This document shows, in pieces, positions 49,960 to 58,014 of a DNA stretch of 64,000 bases (the stretch's first letter is position 1; each line of letters opens with the position of its first letter). Position numbers and translations under genes: made by a program. The stretch is from Candidatus Bathyarchaeia archaeon (GTDB lineage Archaea; Thermoproteota; Bathyarchaeia; TCS64), in the NCBI GenBank assembly GCA_050014495.1, contig JBEKDF010000010.1, positions 1 to 64,000 on the forward strand, given 5' to 3'. The notes beneath the pieces are model-generated. The model was not told the DNA's origin, did not search any database, and saw only the letters and a list, made by a program, of their open reading frames with translations.

Positions 49960-50021
49960 AGTTAATGATTAACGTGGTCTAGTAATTATTTACTTTGCGC
50001 GCGCATAGTGTGAGGATAAGA

Positions 50022-50312
50022 TTATTGAGTAGAAGGAGTTTCAGTTTTAAAGGTATCCTGAGAAGGAGAAGCAAAAAGCATCTCTGGGTGATCCTTCTCA
50101 TACTCTTTTAATCGATTATAGAGGTACTCAGTATCATAGCCAATCCGCGGAAAATTGTATTCCTTCCTTATCGCCTTAATCCCCTTTTCTATATGCTCCC
50201 AAACATTAACCGTGCTACCCCCCATCAGCTTAGCCACGAACCTTATGTCTATGAGACCCTCGCCGACACGCGCACGATGGCAGTCGAATAAAACAAGCCT
50301 TGTCCCGTACAA
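50022..50312 (-). CDS. Hypothetical protein or remnant next to an att-like site (possible HTH)
   Basis: IRFVAKLMGGSTVNVWEHI is HTH-like; starts about 30 bp from the att copy; start codon uncertain. Confidence 0.4.
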   Translation of the reverse strand: MYGTRLVLFDCHRARVGEGLIDIRFVAKLMGGSTVNVWEHIEKGIKAIRKEYNFPRIGYDTEYLYNRLKEYEKDHPEMLFASPSQDTFKTETPSTQ

Positions 50313-50343
50313 ACGTCATTGAAAGCGGGTCCTGTTCAGTAAA

Positions 50344-50368
50344 TAGCGGGCCTGGTGGGATTCGAACC
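50344..50368 (-). repeat. Copy of tRNA-Arg 3' end (att-like site 1)
   Basis: TAGCGGGCCTGGTGGGATTCGAACC, 22/25 identical to 52432-52456. Confidence 0.85.
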
Positions 50369-50436
50369 GCGCGCGCACATGCGAGCTAATTTACAAATAG
50401 ACGCTTTAAAAAGTGGTAAAATCAATGGCACCCGTA

Positions 50437-51222
50437 TTATTTTTTACCTGCAAATCTTTCCATTTTTTTAAGGATCCTTTGCATTTCTAATTCCGGATTA
50501 GAAATTCTCTCTTTAATACTCTTCACTATGCTTTTTAAATCATCACTTTTCAGAGTGTATGGTTCAACACCATTAGAGTATGATCTTGTATACATAAATG
50601 AATCACCCATTAACTCATCTGCAACGGTTTTCTTCACTGAAGCATTTTCAATCATTAAGTGATAATAATCAGGATTTTTATCCCAATTAATATGTTTAAG
50701 TAAAAGCATTTTTAATCTATTAGGTATTTCCTGCACCAAATTATAGAGAAATATATTCAAAGCCAACGTTTCCTTAGTGATGACCATATAATAATTATCG
50801 CCATCAAAATCTAACTTCTCTGATTTAGGTAAAGATAAGCTTTCTAGAATTATATAATCAACATGTGATCTTAGTGAAATCTCCTCAAACTGTTTATTCT
50901 TAACTTTAATCTCATTATTTAATAATGATATTTTAAAATCTCTATTTGATAACTCTCTCTTTAGCTCATCTATAATTGAACCGCTAATATCTACTAAGTT
51001 ACCGCTATTGATGAACATGTTGTATAGTTGCGCAACCCTATTTGCGATAATTGGAGTAATCTCTGTGTCACCTAAAATCGAGTACGACTCACCCTTTGCG
51101 AAACCTTTTGGCCTTCCAAGACTTCTAAAACTAATTACTTTCAAATCCAGATCTATGGCATCTGGGTTTAGAGTCGATAACGCCGCGTATTTTCCGCATA
51201 GAGGGCAGACTAGGTGACTCAT
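50437..51222 (-). CDS. AT-rich hypothetical protein with N-terminal CxxC knuckle
   Basis: MSHLVCPLCGK; coiled-coil segment; visibly more AT-rich than core genes. Confidence 0.7.
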   Translation of the reverse strand: MSHLVCPLCGKYAALSTLNPDAIDLDLKVISFRSLGRPKGFAKGESYSILGDTEITPIIANRVAQLYNMFINSGNLVDISGSIIDELKRELSNRDFKISLLNNEIKVKNKQFEEISLRSHVDYIILESLSLPKSEKLDFDGDNYYMVITKETLALNIFLYNLVQEIPNRLKMLLLKHINWDKNPDYYHLMIENASVKKTVADELMGDSFMYTRSYSNGVEPYTLKSDDLKSIVKSIKERISNPELEMQRILKKMERFAGKK

Positions 51223-51304
51223 GAAGGAGATGTTAAGTAATCTGGAATAAATCATTTCTAATATTTATCTTCAATTTGGAAAATTATAATAGTTGAAAAA
51301 GATA

Positions 51305-51856
51305 TTACCCGGTTTTTTGCTTTATATGTGAATTTAGATAGGCAAGTATCGCTTCATCAAGAAAGGCAGGGCAGACCTCGCAAACAACTGCGTTGGACAT
51401 CATAAGCCACACAGGAGTTTTATCGCCCGATCCCTTCACCTTTTTTAACAACATTTTCAATTCTTTCTCATTAAGCTCTTCAGAATACTTGGGTGGTCTA
51501 TCCATACGCCAGTAATCGCAGAACCCATCAGCATCTATATGTAGACATCGAATCATTTTATGCTTAATTAAATCGTCCTTTATATTTTCCAAGAACTTGA
51601 TAAATGGATCATATTTTTCATCTGGTTTTATTTGAGTATTAACGGGCTCCTTAGTAAACTCGTTGCGACCAGTTGGATTTCGGGTCGCATCCTCGATCAA
51701 GGTCCATAATTCGTCACTATAACGCCCAAGTCCATACTCCTTCGTTCCCTTACGTCTACTAATATATTGAATACCTTTTCGCATTTTTTTCCTAAACGTC
51801 CAACCTTCAACAACGAATGCTCGTAAATCCTCCTTACTGACGAGTCGTTTAGACAT
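51305..51856 (-). CDS. Hypothetical protein: basic N-terminal beta-hairpin plus Cys-rich C-terminus
   Basis: WTFRKKMRKGIQYISRRKGTKEYGLGRY; CLH..GFCDYW...CEVCP. Confidence 0.72.
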   Translation of the reverse strand: MSKRLVSKEDLRAFVVEGWTFRKKMRKGIQYISRRKGTKEYGLGRYSDELWTLIEDATRNPTGRNEFTKEPVNTQIKPDEKYDPFIKFLENIKDDLIKHKMIRCLHIDADGFCDYWRMDRPPKYSEELNEKELKMLLKKVKGSGDKTPVWLMMSNAVVCEVCPAFLDEAILAYLNSHIKQKTG

Positions 51857-51952
51857 AGAGATTCAATGTAGATTATTAACCGATGCCGATTAAAAGTTGA
51901 TCAGATATATAAAACACAGTTCACTTCGCTCTCCTGAAAAGCCGATCTATCA

Positions 51953-52300
51953 GTCCCCCCTTGTCTCCCAGAGTCCCCCAATGATATTATTAAGAATTAC
52001 AAGGTACTGAAGTCGTTGTACAAATGTAATAGAATTCAGCTTTCACTTTTACGTCCCCCTGATTCCCCGGACATTATGGGGGACAACGCCGATCATATGG
52101 AGGAGAAGAACATATTTTTTTCTTATTCCGGTCCCCCAATACGGGGGGCTAGAATAAATAGGGTACCCTAAATTTATTTTAGGCTGGGGGACAACTAGGG
52201 GTTCTACAAAAAAATTTCAAACAGTTTAAATTTAGTACGGGGAAGCGTACATATATAACGAGTAAATATTTAACATGGATTTTAGTCCCCCATGTCCCCC
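51953..52300. repeat. Cluster of GTCCCCC/GGGGGAC repeats (iteron-like) with a central palindrome
   Basis: GTCCCCC at 51953, 51973, 52053, 52131, 52285, 52294; GGGGGAC at 52078, 52186; TAGGGTACCCTA at 52159-52170; AT-rich spacers. Confidence 0.75.
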
Positions 52301-52431
52301 GATGTCTTAAGAGAAAATCGAATATATTATACCGAGAAGGAAACTAATGTGATAAGTTAGGTGGTTTGAATCCTATCTCATTATTCTTTGTTTTAGGTGC
52401 AAATTTTAGATTGTAAATGGGACAATTTTGA

Positions 52432-52509
52432 TGGCGGGCCCGGTGGGATTTGAACCCACGACCCCAGACTTAGGAGGCCTGTGCTCTATCCGTGCTGAGC
52501 TACGGGTCC
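52432..52509 (-). tRNA. tRNA-Arg(CCT), encoded CCA, no intron
   Basis: GGACCCG TA GCTC AGCACGGATA GAGC A CAGGC CTCCTAA GTCTG GGGTC GTGGG TTCAAAT CCCAC CGGGCCC G CCA cloverleaf; A3-C70 mismatch. Confidence 0.95.
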
Positions 52510-52527
52510 ACGAACCCGCCTAACCTA

Positions 52528-54375
52528 CTAACTGCCCCAATTTAAAAATAGCCCTGCAGGAGCCACACGAACCCCACCGCCTCCTCCACCGAATCCACCG
52601 CCACCACCGAACCCGCCTCCGCCACCGTGGAACCCTCCACCGCTTCCGCTACGACTAGCCGGCGGTGTAGCGATGATGATTGGCCTAAACCACAGCGGCA
52701 TTATGGGGGCAAATCGAGCCATGTCGATATTGACGTTGAGTTCCCTCATGGCCTGCGCGACTCGATCACCCACCCCAAGGGCCGTCCCATAGACGAGCCA
52801 GTCACCCCACATTGAGATGTCCTCCGTCGGATACTTTCTCAGCTGCGCTAGGTCCCCAAGGTGGTTTCTGAAGGCGCCCCACTCGAGCTTCTCCTTGAAC
52901 ATCCCTGGACGCCACTTGCCAAAGAGTGTCGAGGGGAAGACGAGGGCAATGACGCATTGCACCACTGCTATCGTCCCGAGAACGAACGGAGTCACTAGAA
53001 GGTAGCCAACAATTGGTGATGTCGCGATAATTAGGATAGATGCCGCGAAGACTGCGACACCTAGGAGGGCAACTGGAAGGATCTTGAGCCTGCCACCTAC
53101 AGCGAAGTCCTTAACGACGCTCCCATCAACGTGGTGCGTCAAACCGTCGAGGTCGTCCTTGATCACTAGGGCCTGCGTCTCGCTTCCCCTACCATTGCTG
53201 ATGTCATGGGCAAGGTCGCGGAGAGTATCGGTGTCAAACACACCGTTAACCGCGAGCTTCTGGAGGAATCCAATCACTCTACCCTCATAGGGGTCGTCCA
53301 CGTTCCCGTCGAGTATGTGGATCTTCATGCCATGCTCCCTAGGCTCCAGCTGCAGCTTCTTCCTCAGGTGCAGGTCCAGTAGCGTGGCGTAGAAACCGTC
53401 CTCATCGAAATCGTAGATCTCCTTCCTGAAGATGAGGTTGACTAACCAGGGTTTCCGATCCTTGTTCGGAACAGTGCTCAGGTAGGTTGGTACAGTCGCC
53501 TCCTCTTCGCGCCCGAATCTCATGTATACCCAGATTAGCAGGAGTGGCACTGCGAAGACAACTATAATCGCAGCGTAGCCGAGCCAATTCGCCGCGCTGT
53601 ACTGGAGACTGGTCCAGAAGTTGGCGCTATCGGTCTTCCCCTTAACGTCTGGTACAGGTGACCTGAACGCGTCGAAGTGGCTCGCCCCCGGGGTCATCAG
53701 CAGCTCGACCTCGAGCAACTCGTTCTCCGCCGAGCTACCCGTTATTATAATCTGATCGCCGGTTCGGGTCACGCTTAGGCTAGGCGGATGCTGATAAACT
53801 TCTACCACATAGGAGGCGTTCTCGATGACAATCTTCACATTATTGTAAGGGACGTGAACATCTGCGAATAGCAGGTTTAGGTGGTCATAGCTTGAGTCAT
53901 ACTCTATAGGGGGGTATAGGTTGAAAGTGTATCCTATATGGTAGCTACCCGGGAGAAACTGTTGGGGATAGAAACAGCCAATTTCATTCAAATCGGCCAA
54001 GCTGTCGATCGTGTCGCTCACGATCGGGCCTGCATTGGGTGACTCTACAGTGACTTGCCCCAACCAGTCCTTTACATACGCCACCGACCCCGCCGGCGGA
54101 TCTATTTTCACGGGCTTGATGTATGGTTGATCCAGAGACGTAAGGGAAACCGGAGCCTCCCAGCTACGGTACAGCATCCTGTACTGCTGCACAGTGAAGG
54201 TGTATGTGTAATCCTCCCTGAGGGTTCCGTTGCTCATGAAGTGGGCCTCGTAGCTACTCACAACAGCAGGCCCCGTCTTTGTGTAACCCTCGAGCGCCGA
54301 TGTGGCCGCTACCCCAACTATTGCGAGGGCGAGACCCAACACGACGATTATAGCTATCTGTCTGCTCTCATCCAT
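52528..54375 (-). CDS. DUF2207 membrane protein
   Basis: N-terminal TM, ATLLDL..K, WGAFRNHL.D, WLVYGTALGV, Gly-rich tail; paired with lemA. Confidence 0.88.
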   Translation of the reverse strand: MDESRQIAIIVVLGLALAIVGVAATSALEGYTKTGPAVVSSYEAHFMSNGTLREDYTYTFTVQQYRMLYRSWEAPVSLTSLDQPYIKPVKIDPPAGSVAYVKDWLGQVTVESPNAGPIVSDTIDSLADLNEIGCFYPQQFLPGSYHIGYTFNLYPPIEYDSSYDHLNLLFADVHVPYNNVKIVIENASYVVEVYQHPPSLSVTRTGDQIIITGSSAENELLEVELLMTPGASHFDAFRSPVPDVKGKTDSANFWTSLQYSAANWLGYAAIIVVFAVPLLLIWVYMRFGREEEATVPTYLSTVPNKDRKPWLVNLIFRKEIYDFDEDGFYATLLDLHLRKKLQLEPREHGMKIHILDGNVDDPYEGRVIGFLQKLAVNGVFDTDTLRDLAHDISNGRGSETQALVIKDDLDGLTHHVDGSVVKDFAVGGRLKILPVALLGVAVFAASILIIATSPIVGYLLVTPFVLGTIAVVQCVIALVFPSTLFGKWRPGMFKEKLEWGAFRNHLGDLAQLRKYPTEDISMWGDWLVYGTALGVGDRVAQAMRELNVNIDMARFAPIMPLWFRPIIIATPPASRSGSGGGFHGGGGGFGGGGGFGGGGGGVRVAPAGLFLNWGS

Positions 54376-54946
54376 TCGGACCAATCCCCGTTGCCTTTGG
54401 TGGAGTCTCTATCTCGTCGCCAAACTTCAGATAGTCAAGTTTCTTCAAGCCTAGGGCTCCTGCGACGAAGTTGGTGGGGATCGTGTCGACCATCGTGTTG
54501 AACTCCTGCACTACATTATTGTAGGTGTACCTCTGTCGCCCGATCTCCTCCTCAAGACTCGCAATAGCGTCCATCAGCTTCTTCACAGTCTCCGAGGCCT
54601 TGAGGTCGGGATAGGCCTCAGCTACGGCGCGAATGCTTCCGAAGAGGTTTGCGCTCTCCTTCTGTATGTCGGCTAGATTCGCTGGCCCAGCGTTCACAAC
54701 CTGTGCACGAAGTTCCGCGACTTTTTCAAATACATCCCTCTCGAACTTCGTGTACCCCTGAACTGCCCCTAGGAGCTGTTCGATCATGTCGAACCTCTTC
54801 TTCATTGCGACCCTGATCTGGCCCAGCTCAGCATCAGCTGCGTTCCTGAAACGGAATAGGCGGTTGTAAGCAGAAATGAAGAGCCATATGATGGCTAGTA
54901 GTATGACTAAAATTACTCCGATTAGGATCAAAGTAAAAGTATCCAC
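54368..54946 (-). CDS. lemA: LemA family protein
   Basis: N-terminal TM, YNRL, AEAYPDLKAS, RYTYN..V..FN...IPTNFVA. Confidence 0.93.
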   Translation of the reverse strand: MDTFTLILIGVILVILLAIIWLFISAYNRLFRFRNAADAELGQIRVAMKKRFDMIEQLLGAVQGYTKFERDVFEKVAELRAQVVNAGPANLADIQKESANLFGSIRAVAEAYPDLKASETVKKLMDAIASLEEEIGRQRYTYNNVVQEFNTMVDTIPTNFVAGALGLKKLDYLKFGDEIETPPKATGIGPNG

Positions 54947-55130
54947 GGTTATCCCCCGATGTTATATAGTTGTTCATATGTTAAAAGCGATACGCATTAC
55001 TCATTTGCAATTTGATAACTGAACCATCTAAAACGTGAAATATTTAACTAATTTCACTTCAATCTTCATCGATCTGAGCAATTTCAGTATAATTAAAGCC
55101 TAATAAGGCTGAGAGGCCTAAGGAGTCGAC

Positions 55131-55424
55131 ATGGAGCCTGCTCTGAGGGGCATCATAGAGAAGGTAATTGATGAGGAACTCAGCGAGGACAAGCTTAGCA
55201 GTAACTTCGGCGTCTTCACAGCCTTCATGAACCGCGGCCTCATTGATTCAGTCAGCAGCGCCATGTTCGGTCGCGTCTACATGCGTGCCTACCAAGCATG
55301 GCTAGACTACAAGGCGAACCACGCCGAGGAGCCACGCCCAGAGGAAGCAGTGGAACTCGTCAGAATATTTGAGTCTCGAGCCATAGAGATCAAATCAAAA
55401 ATAAGTGAGATAGCGAGCCTCTAA
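55131..55424 (+). CDS. Hypothetical protein
   Basis: 97-aa ORF with GGAG RBS and host-like codon usage. Confidence 0.7.
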   Translation: MEPALRGIIEKVIDEELSEDKLSSNFGVFTAFMNRGLIDSVSSAMFGRVYMRAYQAWLDYKANHAEEPRPEEAVELVRIFESRAIEIKSKISEIASL

Positions 55425-55468
55425 AAGGAAAGCGTTAATCACGATCATTCATCTTACTAATAATAACC

Positions 55469-56248
55469 TTGGCTCTCGAGGAGAAGTACGTCCCTGAGGG
55501 GGATTATGAGGATTACGCATCCAGGCTTGATGGGCTCAGGGCTAGGGTCGTCGCAGTGCTACCTCTCGAGCCGAGGATGAGGGTCCTCGATGTCGCGACT
55601 GGTTCGGCGCTCTTTGCTATCGAGCTCGCGAAACGAGACCCAACCCTAAAGATCGTGGCCATAGACGTATCCGATAAGGCTATCAAAATCGCGGACCGCC
55701 GCATCAGGGAGAGGTGGCTTGACCCACATGTCACCACCATGAAGATGGATGCCACCCGTCTAGAGTTCCAGGGTGGAAGCTTTGGTCTAGCCACTAATTT
55801 CATGGGACTCGACGACGTGGACATGACCCGGGGTGATCAGGGGGTTCGGCAGGCGTTTCACGAGGTGGCGCGTGTCCTCAAGCCAAGGGGATTCTTCTGC
55901 TTCACCGTGATCCCTCCTGAGGAGGCCGAGACTGCAGCGCAGAGACTGGAATCTGAGGTCTACGCCTACGCATCTGGTGCGAAGTGGCTCCCAGCTATCC
56001 GCTATCAAGAGTATCTGAGGGGCGCTGGCTTCACCCTAGTAAAGAGGGAGGTCTTCTACACCGGTAAGAAGCTAGGTGCAGCACAGGCACGTCTGGAGAT
56101 CGAGGCTTCAATAGAGAACGCGAGGAGCCACGACGTGGAAGCTCTACCATTTGAGGAGGTGTGGAAGAAGTACGGTAAAGAAATTGAGAAGAATGGCCTC
56201 GGCCACGCTTCCCGAGTCGTCCTCATGATAACTAGGAGGAACATCTAG
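55469..56248 (+). CDS. Class I SAM-dependent methyltransferase
   Basis: VLDVATGSA, AIDVS, MDA, EVARVLKPRG. Confidence 0.9.
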   Translation: MALEEKYVPEGDYEDYASRLDGLRARVVAVLPLEPRMRVLDVATGSALFAIELAKRDPTLKIVAIDVSDKAIKIADRRIRERWLDPHVTTMKMDATRLEFQGGSFGLATNFMGLDDVDMTRGDQGVRQAFHEVARVLKPRGFFCFTVIPPEEAETAAQRLESEVYAYASGAKWLPAIRYQEYLRGAGFTLVKREVFYTGKKLGAAQARLEIEASIENARSHDVEALPFEEVWKKYGKEIEKNGLGHASRVVLMITRRNI

Positions 56249-57423
56249 AGCAAGTAGATTGTTCTCTCGGTATTCGTTAGGAGCTTTAACCCCTTCTTAG
56301 TCACCATGACCGTGTCCTCCATCTCTATCCCTCCCCAACCTAGATCTAGGAACGGCACGTCGATGTTCAGCACCATCCCCTCCTCTATCTTGGTCTTTTC
56401 TCCCAGACACACCCAAGGCCGCTCGTTGGCTTCTGTACCTAAACAGTGGCCAAGGCTCATGCTACACTCCTTCACACCACCCTTCTCGAGTTCCTTCTGG
56501 GCGCTTGCATAGACATCGCCGAAGGTGGCACCGGGACGTGCGGAGTCGAAAGCGGCCTCCTGAGCGTCTATGACGGTCTTTAACCTCTTCTCGACCTCTG
56601 GAGAGGCCTTCCCCATTACCGCGGTTCGGGTCACATTGCCGTTGTAGTGGCCCCAATCGGATCCGAGGCTCATCCGGATCAGGTCCCCTTTTCTGAGCTG
56701 AAGCGTGGTCGGTATAGGGTTCGGGTAAGCACTCCTCTCCCCAAAACCTATTTGACCACTGGTCACGATCCCACCATCCTCAGCGACACTGTAGCTGTAC
56801 ATCTTGCTCATGTCGAGCTCCATAATATCCGGTTGAGCAATCTCGAGGGCATCCTCCATCGACTTCTCCGTTACCTCTACTGCCTTCTTTATGAGATCTA
56901 TCTCCTCGAAGGTCTTCACAGCTCTAATCTCATCGAGGATCGCAGAACCTTCGACGATCTTTGCATCAGGAAGGTTGCGTTTTATGTTCTCCCAGCGGAT
57001 AGAGTTTATGCCACGATTGTCAACAGCTATTGTCTTTTTAGCAAGACCCCTGTTAGTGACAGCTATTACAAGGGAGTCGCAAGGGGTCTGCTCAGCACTC
57101 GCCTTAGTCGCCTCAATTATCATCCGCGTTATATCTGATGCCGTCGAGTTCTCGGAGGTATTTACCTTAAGACAACCGTACCAGTGGATATCCTTAATCC
57201 AGCTTCTGCTCTCGGCAACTAGGTCGGCCTCGGAGAGCGGGGCCATGAGAGCAGGCTCAGCATCTAGTGGGAGGAGGGCGTAACCCTGCGATCCGCACCC
57301 AAGTTGCATACCAGTACCAAAATAGTCTGAGACATAGAACACATTCGCCGGGGAGGCAGCGAGGATGGCATCCACACCCACCCTCTCCATGACCTGCTTG
57401 GCTCTCTCTTTATTTAGGGGCAT
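56245..57423 (-). CDS. M24 family Xaa-Pro peptidase-like protein
   Basis: NVFYVS, RAVKT.EEI, VTRT, GHCLG..NERP, EDTVMVT; several metal-ligand positions look divergent. Confidence 0.85.
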   Translation of the reverse strand: MPLNKERAKQVMERVGVDAILAASPANVFYVSDYFGTGMQLGCGSQGYALLPLDAEPALMAPLSEADLVAESRSWIKDIHWYGCLKVNTSENSTASDITRMIIEATKASAEQTPCDSLVIAVTNRGLAKKTIAVDNRGINSIRWENIKRNLPDAKIVEGSAILDEIRAVKTFEEIDLIKKAVEVTEKSMEDALEIAQPDIMELDMSKMYSYSVAEDGGIVTSGQIGFGERSAYPNPIPTTLQLRKGDLIRMSLGSDWGHYNGNVTRTAVMGKASPEVEKRLKTVIDAQEAAFDSARPGATFGDVYASAQKELEKGGVKECSMSLGHCLGTEANERPWVCLGEKTKIEEGMVLNIDVPFLDLGWGGIEMEDTVMVTKKGLKLLTNTERTIYLL

Positions 57424-58014
57424 TGCTGGACATCTACTTGTTACCTCGATAGTTTTTAAAATAAGCGCCAAGAAAATCGGTTTAAAACTATTTCAGAACC
57501 CAATCCGAGCCTCTCTCCGTCCACACGATAAGGCTTTAGGATCCTTAGAGATGAGCGCGCAAAAAAAAGGGTCGCGATTCAATAACTTTTAGCTTGGATA
57601 GAGTAGGGTCTATAGCGAGAAAATGTCTTCATTACACGATTTTGCTTCGAAAGGTCTCCTAATCGGGTTCATTTTTTAGCCTATTTTAGTAAATAGAGTC
57701 TTTAATGCGCGATTTAGGGTACACCCTACTACACTTTTTAAAACACGGCATTTTCAAGCTTTCCTAACGACCTCTAAATATTGAATGAGGAATGCAGAAG
57801 GCTATAATAATTTTCGGTGCCGCGCGCGCAAGCCTAGATAGCCACAAACATGGACACAAAGCCGGATGACTCAAGCACTAAGGAGCTTCTCAACATTCCG
57901 TCGACTCCTATGGCTACCCACACCGATAATAGAGGGAATATTTTTTTCGACACCTTTTGTTTTGACATATCCATTATGTTAAATCTACTCCTCGCCTTCA
58001 TCGACGGCTCATCA

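Larger units (their letters stand above)
44088..52431. mobile_element. Tandem array of small tRNA-Arg-integrated elements/cassettes (no integrase visible)
   Basis: Three tRNA 3'-end copies in direct orientation, shared arm sequence, mixed base composition, orphan genes; left boundary uncertain. Confidence 0.75.

Noticed and set aside
50022..50312. DIRFVAKLMGG as a tyrosine-recombinase C-terminal box (like DLRxVQxLLGH)
   Set aside because: No His after G, no HxLR motif and no suitably placed Tyr; it fits an HTH equally well, so it is not called an integrase.
51900..52400. Chromosomal oriC with ORB elements
   Set aside because: G-strings are present but I saw no TTCCA..GAAA ORB core or adjacent orc1/cdc6; the region lies inside an att-bounded unit.
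52528..52570. DUF2207 tail extending past the Gly-rich end over the probable tRNA TATA box
   Set aside because: Most likely a trivial stop-codon shift; no evidence of function.
55035..55057. GTGAAAT-N9-ATTTCAC inverted repeat between lemA and the divergent gene
   Set aside because: A single 7-bp AT-rich repeat with no associated regulator; insufficient support.
57715..57728. TAGGGT-AC-ACCCTA, similar to the TAGGGTACCCTA palindrome at 52159
   Set aside because: Only 6-bp arms with different spacing; two occurrences could be chance.
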